Part shown: positions 49,604 to 63,631 of the stretch, one piece after another | Numbering within the stretch: position 1 is the stretch's first letter | How the letters are laid out: the number at the start of each line of letters is the position of its first letter | DNA from: Octopus vulgaris | Lineage: Eukaryota | Length of the DNA: 64,000 nt | NCBI GenBank assembly: GCA_951406725.2 | Contig: OX597814.1 | Span: forward strand, 12,586,001-12,650,000 | Direction: 5' to 3' | Position numbers and translations under genes: made by a program | Notes under the pieces: model-generated | The model's input: the letters and a program-made list of their open reading frames with translations, nothing else | Database searches by the model: none | What the model was told of the DNA's origin: nothing

Positions 49604-50411
49604 CATGAGTCATCCCATAAATAATGCGAAACCTCATCGTAACAGTTGAGGAGCTAGCTGAGAAGCTTGGATTTGGTCATTCAACCATTCGTCGACACAT
49701 ACGTGTCATCGGAAAAGTCAGTAAATTGGGTCAATCGATTCCTTACAAACATTCTAGTCGCACGCAGAGAGTGAATGTGTGCTCTTCTTTGCTGTCATGT
49801 ATTACGAATGAACCTTAATTTTTTGTGTATTTACATCAATATGAAACGAAATAAAGAATCGCTGAATCGAAAGCAAGAATCTATTCCAGACATGCCAGAG
49901 CTGCATCAGTATTACACGATGGTCTGCGTTTAGTAGGATTAGGAAGGGTTAATCCTCTATGAAATGCTTAAAAACAATTGCACGCTCACTACAGAGCTTT
50001 GAGGCAATCTAGTTGAAACAACCCAAACGGCGACATGGTGTGTTTCATCAACACAACAACGCTCGCGCCCATTTCGATAATTTGACCAACAATGTTATTC
50101 ACGACCTTGGTTTGGAAGTTCTACCAAACCTAGTGTATTCTCCTGATATAGCGCCTTCAGATTTTTATATGTTTTGGCCCAACAGTCTGGTGGCATTTTG
50201 TTCAACCACAACCTGAAGCTTAAAACGTGGCTCAATGAATTGTTCGAGTGAAGACACTGTGATTTCTACTCTCAAGTCAGTGGAACGTTGGCCAGAACTA
50301 GTGAACATTGAAGGGGGATATATTATTGAGTGATTTGTTGAAATTATTGATGAAAAATAAGGATTAAAATAAATGGAAAAATACGAAGGAATTAATCTGA
50401 TAATCCAATAT
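49604..50411 (+). mobile_element. Deleted or chimeric mariner remnants
   Basis: A TIR like mariner A (GTCATCCCATAAATAATGCG) is joined to IVTVEELAEKLGFGHSTIRRH. Then FHQHNNARAH, YSPDIAPSDFYMF and a different 3' TIR (..ATAATCCAA|TA). Confidence 0.75.
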
Positions 50412-53137
50412 ACTTAGTGTTGTACTGTGCGTTCTGGGAATGGACATACTACGGGGAAGCGAGAGAGGAAGAAATGTGTAAGTGGGAAATATTATCTGAG
50501 TGAAATACAAAGATTGCCAAGCTCGATTTTAGAAAGCACTGTAACAGCAATGTATAGGCAGACTTATCACAGGCGAGCTAGATGTTGAAATGATTTTACG
50601 TGATTGCATACCAATTAGTTGTTATTATTTTGATGCCGAGAAGGATTACATATTGTTACCAGTAGCCATGACCAGGGCATTCAGGTGAGTTGTTAGTTCT
50701 CTGAAGTCGCGTCTCTGAGATGCAAATGTTTTAAAGTTCCAAATGTGCGTTTATCAGGTGAGAGCTTCAGTGATGTTAAATTGTAACATTTTAAGCGATA
50801 GTGAGAGGGGTCTAGTTGTGGTTTCTTTATATATGTGTTGATTGTGTCGTTTTCTTGTTGAAAGAGACACCTTATGCATGATAGCATTTAAGAATGGTTT
50901 TCTGAAGCTCTTGTTCAAGGACTCACAAAAGATTTGCCGTGAAACGTCTAATATACATAGTTACGAGGGAACAAAGAAGTTACCTAGTTGTTAGTGAAAC
51001 CCATAGATTGATGTATAAGAGGAAGAATGTATGTGTACAAAGCTGTATTTTGGAACAGAATTTAATCAATCTGGTTGAGAGAAAAAGAGTGAGTGAGCAA
51101 GAGAGAGTGGGAGAAAGGAAAAGAGAATGCGTATGTGTGTGTTTGAGAGAGAGAGAGAGACAGAGAGAGGAGGAAACAGAGGGAGAGAGAGAGAGAAAGA
51201 AAAAGATTGACTTTTGTGATCTGACCTGAAGAAGTCAACCCAAATGATGAGAGAAGGAGGGCTCATATATTTAAGCATTTGTCCTTGGACTACCATGAGT
51301 ATGCGCCGGCTTTACTGATATCGAGAGTAACAAATTAATCTGGTATGTGATAAGAAAGTATAGGTCTCCAATACTTATTGCTTTACAAAAGCAGTATCGG
51401 TTGTCGTCCAGAGGAAATGTCCAAGAATGTTGTTTGAAATGGTTACTTCAATCACCTTTAGAGTAGCTGGCAGTGATTGATGAATTACAAGGGATGGACT
51501 ACAAGTTAGTGCGTTTCCTTAGATAAGGATATGTCACTGTAGAGAAAGATTGAAGACATTGTTGAGAAGAAGGGTAATATCTGGAGATTATTCGTTTAGG
51601 ATAATTGAAGAGAAATAACTGCAGCCATAGTTTTGTTGCTTTCAAGTAGCTACAGTTACTTTTCTACTTGTCATAGGCTTGGCTTGAGGTAGACCTATAG
51701 TGAAAGAATTTCCAGGTATGATTATTCTGTTTAAGTTTTAGACTTGTCCTTACTAGTATATGATATGAAAAAGATTTGGTTGCAATGACTGATAGGTTGA
51801 TCCACTTTCTTATGTAGTATTTTGATTCTTACTCTTATTTCTGTTATTGCTTTCATTGTTATCCTTGTTGCTCTTTAGCCCGCAGTCACCCTTAACTGAG
51901 CAATTTAAAAATATAGACATTCAATCGTTTATCTATATACCGTCGTTTTGCACTTATAGTACACCTAAGACGATATTATATAATGACTCGTGCATTCCGT
52001 TTAAAAACTATTGGGGCGTGTGATTTGTAGGAAATCTGACTATTATTTCTAACCACTAGATTGTTTATGTAGAAAGTCGTTCTTTGATATTTTTGGTGCT
52101 GTTCTTTTTTTTTTATTATATTTCTCTTATCAGTTCAATGATTTGAGATGTAAATTTCGTTTCATATTTCTTTATTACCGCTGAGATATCTTTTAGAATA
52201 TTCTAGAATGGTTCCCTTGAAAGTATTTACTCAAGTGTCTATGTATGGTCGTGATTTACTATTTTCAATTGTAATTCTGTCTTTGATGGAAATAGTTCCA
52301 GTAGGCAATTTTGAACATTTTTTTTGAAGTTTTACTTTTTATCTTATTTGTTAACGCAACGTAGAATTTTTTTTTAAAAAGATAATGGGAAAATGGTCGG
52401 AGAAGCTTTAGGAAATTACTGTGTTATTATTTTACAAAACAGAGTTCATGATTCTTGCAGACAGGTTATTGTAGTCAGCTTCATAAAGTATCTGGAAGTA
52501 TTGGTGTAGGTGCAATATTAGTGCGTCCAACTCTTTTGTTAATTGTATTGTTTTCGATAGACATCTCAAATCACACATTCTTTATGGTTACTGAAATACC
52601 TACCTATTATCTACTGAAGCTTTGATTATAATATATTTCAATAAAAAATATTTTGTTGAAAATTTTATGTGTTTTTTAATGGCTACATTAGATGGCTAGA
52701 GATTGGTCTAGGTATTCATTTACGCACGTGACAAAAAAAAAAACGAGGAAAAAATTCTGAGTGAAATAGTAGTAAAATGAAGTCGTATGAATTTTAGTGT
52801 TGGGATGACTGGATCTTGAAAACTTTCGAGATCCTTTGCTCCAAAACATGTATCATTTCTCCGCAATATATTAGTTTTGTGAATCTTGTGAATAGAAATG
52901 TTTTCCGCCTTCTGTTTGAAATAATATTCCTAGGAATAATAATTATCTTCAATCATTACAGTATGCACTCAAGTAGACATTTAAAAATAAGTCATTGTAT
53001 ACTTCGCAATACTAATACTTTAACGTATTACATGTTACTGCTCTTCGGTAGTCTTGAATTCGCCTTGATCGTCCAACAAACACTTTGATTTCAAAGTATT
53101 GTGTGTTAATCCAGGACTAAAGACACACACACACTCA

Positions 53138-53197
<60 letters not shown>

Positions 53198-53214
53198 TGT
53201 ATATTTGACTGAAC

Positions 53215-53665
53215 ATTATGTTGAAGGATAAAGGCATTTCACTGCGAACAAAAAATGACTTTGCAAATCACTTGTATTTATCATAGTCGACTATGGAACT
53301 GAATGCTGGTTTATGAAGAAATTTGATAAAAAGAGAAATTGAAGCATTTGAACAATTGTAATTTAGACGTATTCTCAGAAAAAGCTGGACGAATAAAAGA
53401 ACTAATAAGCGGATCATTAGAAAGACTAAGTGGAAAGGAAGACAGTTAAATTCAATCATGAAAAGTCAATGGGTTTCCACCGGCCATCTACTTAAAGGGC
53501 AAGCCTTTAGTAAATTCCTATTAACGGGTGCAGCATATGGCAAAAGAGCAAGAGGAAGATCTAAAACCAAATTTAGCGATAGCATCATAGAAACTAGTGG
53601 CGGTAGCTTTGGAGGGGTGTGTGGAGTAGCACAAGACAGGCATGGTTGGGGAGCCGCGGGGGGTC
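53215..53665 (+). mobile_element. RTE LINE 3' fragment
   Basis: KDKGISLRTK..LCKSLVF....YGTECW..IEAFEQ..FRRILRKSWT.KRTN and GKRARGR.K..F.DSI. Confidence 0.75.
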
Positions 53666-54077
53666 AGTATTTGAGCTATCTGTTTAATGATGATACACAC
53701 ACACATACGCATGCGCGCGAACACACGCATACACACACATACATATAGACACACACATATATCCTGTGGGTGTATGTGTGTAATATGTCAATTAAAATAA
53801 TCAAGGTTTATCTTTGAACATACTCAAGTTTTAGAGAAATGAAGGAAGACATTTGAACATTTTACAATTGCCAGTCGCAAATTAGTTTTAATGAGGAAGA
53901 ATTCAGGTCAATCGTGATGCTCATATGCGCAGAGCTACCCGCATAGTTATGCGTACAAGAACACACATACGGCCATGTAGAAACATTTAAACAATTACTT
54001 TTATTAATTTACTGGTATCTGTCATAAAACTGCGGTAATCCTGGGCAAACCTTTTCCAATAGATTCACTGATTACAC

Positions 54078-54295
54078 ATTAGGCAGCACTGCAAAGTTCT
54101 TGGTATTGCGTCAAAGAAAATACAGGAGGATCAGTTAAATATGATTATATTCAGCAATTTCCCCTCAGATTCACACATTTATTGCAGCGATCCTTCAGTT
54201 TTTCTAAGCCCTGTAAATGAACTCGGAGGGTTGGGTCTCCAGCCAAGCCTTTCGCGATGCCCTTAAAGCCAAGATGTTTTCAGCACCCACTCGTA
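54078..54295. mobile_element. Mariner-type MITE
   Basis: Right end AAAGCCAAGATGTTTTCAGCACCCACTCG|TA with a degenerate left counterpart (CTGCAAAGTTCTTGG). Confidence 0.45.
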
Positions 54296-56599
54296 ATATT
54301 CCACTGCTTATTTTACGATATTTAAAGCTACAAAATTATTAAGTTACGGTGTATCAAACTGGTACTATTCGTCAATTTCAGTGTATACATAAACGTAGAT
54401 ACATGTTGATAAACATATATAGATGCATATGTATATACACAGATATTCCCTCACTCAAACACATATACATGTATATATGGTTTTGCTGTATACACCGTTT
54501 TTAACCCTCTATGTCTTAAAGGGACGTTTCACTTGACAAAATACCACAGCTGAGAAATATCACACACACACAAACATACTCGGCGCACACGCCCCCATGC
54601 ACACGCACACACACATAATGCAATGGGATTTCAAGAATTAAAGCGTGATCATCAATTGCAGAAATAGAGTGGTTATGCAATAATGCGGAATTGTATAATA
54701 TCATATAATATGCATGCATTGTGAAATGCACATATTGATGATTTGAGCTATCCATTCTTATTTGCTTATCATGTGAGCGGCGTGTTTGAATGCATACATT
54801 TCTTTATACATACATACATACATACATACTCGTATGTACACACAAGCACTTGTCGATAACGTTGCTTCATAAACTCATATCATTACTTAAAGTTTCCCAT
54901 ATTTAAGATGAAAACTTCTGATCATCCGGATGAATGTATTGAATACCAAAGCTTAAATGGTTTCTGAATAAGGCTGCTTGCTTTTAGATAGCGAAGAAGG
55001 GTCGTTCATAATTTTATGGTAAAATCATGTGATGAAACGTATTTGCCCCTAACGGCTATTGGGTTGGAGGCAATTCAGCAAAGTGGATACAAGTAGTCAC
55101 ATTTGAGAGTTTCTAGTTTCTGAAAAGAGTGTTGCCGTATGAGAAAACTTTATGAATTAAGGTTTTCATTTCAAATCAAATGCGAGAACACACGTATGGA
55201 AAGGGATAGATAAATAGATAGATAGATAGAGAAGGAGAGAGAGAGAGAGGGGGAGAAAGAAAGAGAGAGAGAGAGAGAGCAAGGAAGAGGTGGAGAAAGA
55301 AAACATAATAAACTCCTTTTGTGTCAATGCTCATACCAACCAGTCAAAGTTTGGATATTACGAAGTAAATTCGAGTCCTTAGCCTTTCGCTCAGTATCCA
55401 TTACGCTGCTTGCCTGTACACCTAAAACAGTAAGGCACACGTTTTGGATTGAAGGAAAATTAATCTTTAATTCCTATAATGTTTAATATTTTAATTACGG
55501 TGCTTCTTTCATTCTCTGTACCCACGATGCACACAATTCTGAAACAGACACGTAGTAAATAAAGAAAATATGAAAAGATAAAGACAAAAAATATATTGTT
55601 AATTTTTTGTTCAAATATTCGTAATAATATGGCGAATATATACACACACAAAAAAAATCCTATATATTTCTCACCGCTTTCTATTCACTCAAAAGGTGGC
55701 TGGGTGAATCATAGTAGTACCTATTGAGATTTAAGGAAGTCTATTACAATTGAAGTCGTCATAATATTAGCGTGATGACAGACACGAAATAAACAAATAA
55801 ATTATAGATGATAATGAGAAAACAAAGCTGAAAAAAACTTGTGCAGACACGCTTGGGGTATCCTATACAAACAATTGGTAAAATAAAAGAATTTACTAAA
55901 AACGGTAATTATTCTGTGATATAACAATTTCAAGTAGAGTGCTACGGATATTATTATTTTGATGTATCATTCCTTTGTGCATCTCATATTTTGATTTCAA
56001 ATGAACCATTATAGTCTACAACACTTTCGTTGTTCTTTCTCCGTTAATACTGTACGAAATGCCGAAAGATACTGTCTATATAAATTATGAAATATGATAT
56101 AAAAATTATATAATGTTTATAGTTACTTATCAGTGAGTAATATGACAGAATATACATATTTACCACGTGCTCCTACTGTGTTTACCTTATGCAAAATGTT
56201 TCCACCTCTCTCACTTACTCATTGTCTGTCTGTGTGTCTGTCTCTCTATTTATCTATCTATCTACTTTATCTATCTTTCTATTTATCTATCTATCTTTCT
56301 ATTTATCTATTTTATTTACGGGTTACCATGGCAAATTCATGGGTAGAGATCATCACAATTATTCAATCCTAACATATGGAGGTATTGCTACTTGTCCCAC
56401 GTGTACCAACATCTCCATGTGGTACGCTTGAACATGTGCGAAAATCTCTCACATGTAGCTTAGCCCACAAATAATATCTACCGACCGATGTAGTGTTCAC
56501 TCATTCTTATTGTTTGATATTAGCCCCCATATATACATGATCGCCATGTTGATTCGTTGGCTTCTGCACGCATTTTTTTTCTCTCCTTGTTTCTGTGTA

Positions 56600-56637
56600 T
56601 CTTTCTGTTGAAGAGCGTAGGCTCGAAACGTAAAAGA
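56600..56637 (+). ncRNA. Minimal type I hammerhead variant (CUGUUGA core, loopless palindromic stem III)
   Basis: UCUUU CUGUUGA a GAGC-guag-GCUC GAAAC GUA AAAGA. Lies within a PLE-like terminal fragment (~56520-56735) next to (TA)n. Confidence 0.6.
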
Positions 56638-56733
56638 CTTGTTTTATTTATATTCCTGAGCGCCATACTAATACAATTGTTTGTTTGTATTCCACCTGCC
56701 TTCGTCTTTTGTTTATTTTCATAAAGCTTCCCG

Positions 56734-56781
<48 letters not shown>

Positions 56782-56784
<3 letters not shown>

Positions 56785-57046
56785 AGATACTGCAACCGCT
56801 TGGGCTTTAGGGGATCATACCTCTTCAATATCCTCCTGAATGTCCTGAGAGACCTGCATGGGGTGGATGTAGATGTTTTCAAAACGAAACTGGACCTCTT
56901 ATTGTCAAGAGTCCCAGATGAACCAACTTTACAGTAGGAAGTGCAGAGGAAGGCAGCGGCATGAAATTCTCTCACGCATCAAATGTTAATTTATAAAAAG
57001 AATTAGTGAAATAAATATATGTAGCAACACCAAATGGCGGTGCCCC
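56782..57046 (+). mobile_element. CR1-group LINE 3' fragment (same family as 626-2417)
   Basis: RYCNRLGFRG..LFNIL...LRDLHGVDVDVFK.KLDL.LS.VPDEP, then 3' UTR GTAGCAACACCAAATGGCGGTGC. Confidence 0.88.
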
Positions 57047-57048
57047 TT

Positions 57049-57431
<383 letters not shown>

Positions 57432-57926
57432 AGATAGATATCTTTATGTATGTGTTGCTTTGCGTGTTCTTGTGTGTGTTTTGTATGTGAGTCTGCTACC
57501 GTCGAAATACATACTTACAAAAACCGTTGCCGTAATAATTATCTTTTATTTAAATTTGGTAACATCTTTGTAAAACCTACTCCAATTGTGTAAACGTATG
57601 TGAGGATAATGTAATTCCTGTTCTATTCATTATTGAACTCATTCATTGAGTACAATGGCGAATTCTGTTTGAACACGCAAATATATAATCAATTACACTT
57701 GATAAAGACCTATGACAAAAAGATGGTGGTAAGTAGTTTGTCTAATGCTAGTCTAAACGAGACGCAAATTACACAGACATTGTATAAAAGGCAACACAAT
57801 TATATATTTTCAAGTAGCTGTAATTTTAGGAGTATTGTGCATATGTTAGTGGATACTGCCTGTGATCGTGTCTGTCTGAGAGTATACGTTGTCTCCTTGT
57901 CTTTCCTCATCGTCATTATATATACA

Positions 57927-57999
<73 letters not shown>

Positions 58000-58108
58000 G
58001 TATATATATATATATATATGCGTGTGTGTGTGTGTGTATGTGCATATATATATATATATATGTGTATATATGTATATGTATGTATGTATGTATGCATGTA
58101 TATTATGT

Positions 58109-58658
58109 CAGGTCACTTTCGAATGTTACTGGTAACATGTAACCCAGTACAACCTGTTGCATGGTCGGGTCGTCAGCGACTAAACCGGCAACCCCACCAA
58201 GCTTGCTTGGTGAGGAGGGTGTTTACTGGACACCCTGCGGAATGAAAAACAAAACCCGTCAAAGGGCGGAGGAACTTTTGAGAGTCAGTGGCCATCCAAT
58301 AAATGTCTTAAGGCTGTATCATGCGCGGGGACATAGAAATAATCGGACTGAATACCCGATCACGCGGTTAAACCATTGGGAGTGAAGGACTCCTAGACTT
58401 TGTTAAGGCATTCTTCTAGGAGAAGGTAACTCAGGTAACTGGGATAACTCAGACATAAAACCTGCGGCTCAGTGGTTACCGATGATGTTGACTTGTTCTT
58501 CTTTTCGGATTATGGCTGCTGTTGCTTAGTGAGTGAGATTGACTCAGTGCAAGGCCTTTCTTCACGTTAAAAAAATCTTCTTGCATATGCATTGCACGAT
58601 AACAACATTGATTAAGCTTCGTGCAATGGCCATACTCGATAACGAGGGGGTAGCCACC
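58109..58658 (+). mobile_element. Probable non-autonomous RTE derivative (5' UTR joined to 3' stem-loop)
   Basis: GC-richer and hairpin-rich. GGCA....TCTAGGAGAAGG.AACTC resembles the RTE 5' UTR motif. Ends CCATACTCG-ataa-CGAGGGGGTAGCC. No RT coding sequence. Confidence 0.5.
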
Positions 58659-58677
58659 ATGTATGTATGTATATATA

Positions 58678-58740
<63 letters not shown>

Positions 58741-60573
58741 CATATAAATATATATATATATATATATGTATAAATATATATATATATATATATATACAGT
58801 TAGCTCGCCTTTATACTCCAGGGTAGAAACTGACCTAACAATAACTGAAGTATAATCTAGAACACTGCACTGAAAAATAATTGACTTATATATATAGACA
58901 TGGACCACGTGATATTTTTATAAACTCAAGTGCCAAAATCATTCGACGATTTTGCATAAGCAATTCTACACAGACCATATGCATTAAGGTATTCTTAAAC
59001 AAGCGTTAAGATCAGTAACTATTCCTTACTTCACTCGCTTGCATAAATAGAAAATATATCTTCAATATGAAGAAGCCAAATCACATTCGTGCGTATGAGC
59101 ATAAAGCACTTATCCTTTGGTGGACTCGAGTTAACCAATTATAACAGAGATACTCTCAGGAGCTCACTTTTTCTGTAATTTCTGTAATTCTGTAATTCAT
59201 ACACTGGTATGTAACTAAATATTTCTGTGGGAAAAAAGGATAATACGATCCTAGAAGTATTTTAAGTCAAAAACAGATTCCAGTATGAATCTAATGGCCA
59301 AAATTTCAAATTCCTTCAACACCCTAATTAAATTGACCTCATCAAACTCACTTTTTTTCCAAAGGAAAACACTATTTTTAGAACATTGATGATGGTGTTG
59401 GGAACTGTACAGTTCTTGACAAATGCCAATATCAAAGAAGAAATTATAAAATCACTCTTCATAGAAATGAGAAAAACTAGACTACACTAGTGTTTCCAAG
59501 AATTTTAAAAGAGGAAATGTGCTCACAAACACTTAAACGAACAATCCCACACATGTAATATGTGTTTATGCGCGCGGAGGAGTGGGTGTGTGAAATTTAT
59601 ATGAGTATATATATATGTGTAAATTTTATGTCTCCGCATAACATTTTCTTTAGTCTGAGATTTTATAAATTAGGCTTTCATTAGAAATTTTTATGGAGTA
59701 TATTAATAAAAAGTACTTTGAAAAGGTATTTTCTTGTTTTAGATATGATTTGAATTAAAGTCAGTTTCTATAGTCCACAACATGATTAATGTTTATAAAA
59801 TTGCAAAGACCTGTCAATTGCGAAGGCGTATCAAGTAATATAAATGTCTTATTATGCCGTTTGATTATACATTTTATACTTTTAACTAAGACCCACTAAA
59901 CATTTTATATGATCACTTTCTCTGATACCAGAATAATTTTTTATTGTTCAGCGGAAAAAAAAAATATCATGGTAAGCTGCGTAACTTCATTTAAAATAAA
60001 TATGCCTCCTTCGGTAATGTGATTAATATTTTTTCTTCTATGCGTTAAAATTATTCAAGAATAATATTATTTCACATTTTTTTCTTAAATCTCAAATATC
60101 ATAAGCTAAGCTATTTCTGTGCAGTCTCAGATTGAAATGACGTCAATCAGAAATTTTCTGTGTGTATGAGTGTATGTATATATATATATCTTTCTATCTT
60201 TTCATCCATCAATCTTTATGTGCGTTTAATGATTTTACTTAGTCATAGACGTAGAAATACTCAGTTGTTAGAACTCAATATACTTATGATTTAAAGCAAC
60301 ACATCACCTGAGTATAAGATAGAATATTAGTTAAAGATTGACGAAGGAACAGATGTTAAGTAAACACTTCTGTTAGGTTACAAGTCTTTCTGGCATAAGA
60401 GCCTACACTCAGACATGAGCGCTCGTATGGCATGTTATAGCTTTCTCGGGAACATTCAAATGGAGTGTATGTTTACTACAGAGAGAATTGAAATATAGAG
60501 AATAGATTGCGTGCAGAACTAAATAAAGCAGTTTCGGATATGTGGTGATGAAGAACTATGCCTATTGACTAAT

Positions 60574-60975
60574 ACTCTTTACTCTTTTACTCTTTTACTT
60601 GTTTCAGTCATTTGACTGCGGCCATGCTGGAGCACCGCCTTTAGTCGAGAAACTCGACCCCGGAACTTATTCTTTGTAAGCCCAGTACTTATTCTATCGG
60701 TCTCTTTTTGCCGAACCGCTAAGTGACGGGTACGAAAACATACCAGCATCGGTTGTCAAGCGATGGTGGGGGGACAAACACAGACACACACGCACACATA
60801 TATATACATATATACGACAGGCTTCTTTCAGTTTCCGTCTACCAAATCCACTCACAAGGCTTTGGTCGGCCCGAGGCTATAGTAGAAGACACTTGCCCAA
60901 GGTGCCACACAGTGGGACTGAGCCCGGAACCATGTGGTTGGTAAGCAAGCTACTTACCACACAGCCATTCCTGCG

Positions 60976-60978
<3 letters not shown>
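60574..60978 (-). mobile_element. SINE family A
   Basis: High identity to the other copies. Confidence 0.92.
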
Positions 60979-61026
<48 letters not shown>

Positions 61027-61439
61027 GTGTGTGTGTATGTACGCATGTATGTGTGTATGTGTGTGTAATGGGGGTAATTATAATTATGTGGATAAACAAA
61101 TTAAATATAGCAAGTTGGGTTTGATATGCAAAAAATATATTTATGTATATATGCAAGCAGAAAGAAGGCAAAGCCTGAGAATTTTTAGACAATGGATATT
61201 CAAGTATAGATATATAAACATTTGTAATAGTAGATCAAGCCTACACCGCATATAAACGGCAGAGGAAATAACAGGGGAAGAGGTAAGGTATTTTAAGTCC
61301 AACAAATGTTTCTGGATGTTTAAAAAAATTCATCATAATGTTGCTAGATGTATTTCACTGAAATATACAGCCCACAATGGAAGCAAATAAACATTGGAAC
61401 AATCGAGCCTCAAAGAGTGGATTTTTTCGAGAACGTAGC

Positions 61440-61860
61440 ATATATTGAGGACTCCAAACCCGAAGACAACCTCCATATAACCTAGGAATTTCCAACAACC
61501 TAGGTAGGAGCTTACTAGGAAGCATTTTCCTTGGAGCCAGGTGTTCTATAAGGTTTTCAACTCACATAACGTCGAGGTGAGCTACTCTTGTTTAGATAAC
61601 ATCACTTCTGACATTGTGTGCTAGAACAGATATAAATATGAAACTGCACAACTTCCATCCCAACCTCTAACTTCCGATACCTTACCAGCTGCCCACTAAA
61701 TGGATCGTGCCTCACGAGGGCTGTAGAGTACAGAGCCACCCTCTCACAACCCGATGGAATCCCTATGCACTACATGGGTGTGACAGCCAGTGATTTCAAG
61801 GGGAGGTACACACAGACTATGTACTCGCTTAGATGCAAGGTTAGAGGGAATTCTACCTTC
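61440..61860 (+). mobile_element. Neptune-type PLE fragment (linker plus GIY-YIG)
   Basis: PPYNLGISNNLGR, VFNSHNVEVSYSCLDNI and CPLNGSCLTRAVEYRATL......HYMGVTASDFKGRY. Confidence 0.75.
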
Positions 61861-62067
61861 TTGTTCCTCCTGTCTTTGCCCCTCGTGATTATCATCTTTT
61901 CAGATGATTGGAATATTATTAAGAAGGAAAAAGTTTATTAATTCTGAAGAGTTTAAAAATGATATTGAGTGTGTTGTTACTTCAAAAGTAGAAGTATTTT
62001 TCTAGCCGAGGAATGAACAATGTGTCAGATACATTGCATTATAATATCAACAATGACAGAAAATTAC

Positions 62068-62224
62068 TGTTGTGTGGACGGCCCAGACGATGAAGTAGAC
62101 ATGCCCAATACGTAGATATAGAGGGAGAAGTCTAGACGTCGTGGTAGAGTAGCAGCGTAGTAGGAGAAGAGCAAAGTTGAGTAGAGTTCATCCGAACGTG
62201 TGTCATAACAGTGGCAACGAGGAT
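62068..62224 (+). mobile_element. Short Gypsy-type LTR (143 bp) followed by a primer binding site
   Basis: TGTTGTG...CATAACA inverted termini, then TGGCAACGAGGAT. This is one mismatch from the complement of the tRNA-Ser(GCU) 3' end as I recall it. Confidence 0.6.
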
Positions 62225-62854
62225 TTCGTAGCTCACACAGCCACTGTGTAGTATTGCGATATAACAATTACATAATCAAGTGTATCCTTATACCTTCGCA
62301 CGTGTATAGAAATAGAGGTACATGCACACGCACATACATACATATACACACACTCACAAACACACACACATACACACGTGTGTGTGTGTAAGAAGAAAAA
62401 TAACCAATGCGTGCAGACGTCCACTGATATACACATGTACATACACATATATATTTACACACCTATATAAGAAACACAAAAATCTACGAATACGCAAACA
62501 AATATACATAAAAATACGCCAATCCAATTTTATTGCTTTACATACTTGAGTACACATGCATAAAAGAAATTCTACGACATATATGTAAAATGTAATCCTG
62601 ACTACAAATATTTATTGACCTGACAAATGTTTTATTCTTCATTTTACTTGTAACGGCTTTTGTGTGGACAAGATTAAAATAATTTTGCAGACATTAACAC
62701 ACTAAAATAAACAAATGATATATTTGGCAGGAGTTATAGTATTTTTGTTAAAATCATAAACATGTCAAAATACTGACGTTAAAGCACACATCTTACACAT
62801 TCACCCACACATACACATATGTGTGTATATATGTTTTTTTTATTCTTTATTGTT

Positions 62855-63059
62855 TTATTTGTTTCAGCCATCTGGCTGCGGCCATGCTTGAGTACCAAAT
62901 TAAACGGTTTTAGTCGAAGAAATCAACCCCAGGACTTATTCTTTTTAAGCTTATTACATATTCTATCGGTCTCTTTTACCAAACCACTAGGTCAGTGGGC
63001 ATAAACACACCAACATCAGTTGTAAAACGATGGTAGGAGACAAACACACACACAAAGAC

Positions 63060-63062
<3 letters not shown>
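62855..63062 (-). mobile_element. Diverged SINE family A 3' fragment
   Basis: TTGTTTCAGCCATCTGGCTGCGGCCATGCT and TATTCTATCGGTCTCTTTT motifs. Confidence 0.65.
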
Positions 63063-63123
<61 letters not shown>

Positions 63124-63260
63124 CTGTGTTTTACAATCTAAGTAGCCAAGAAACAAACTATTACATCAGATAGGAACTAAAGAAAGTTTACCAATAGGCT
63201 CATGATCTGAAGGAACCAAACTAGGCATTTTATTCAAAAACTTTTATTTCCTCGCTCTTA

Positions 63261-63350
<90 letters not shown>

Positions 63351-63631
63351 GTTCTTTTGTTTAACTGTGTGTTGGATGTTGTCCTAAATATTAGTTCAAA
63401 ACTGAATTTTAACTCTACTGGTAAAGGGGAGAATTTGTTGCCGAGAAACTAGGTGATGTTACTATTCCACGCTTATTGGTTTGATTGATAAATACTTTAA
63501 TCTTGTTTTCACCAAGGGCCGTGAAGGTCTTCAATTTTGGCCCTACCAGTGTGGATTTCGGGCTGGAGATGCACAGTGGATATGATTTTTAACTCAAGGT
63601 AGCTCCAGGAAAAGGATCTGGGGCACAGCCG

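Noticed and set aside
50450-51760. Possible minus-strand LINE remnant (LKVIEVTISNN resembles LK.LGVTIS.NL)
   Set aside because: One weak motif only; boundaries and clade cannot be supported.
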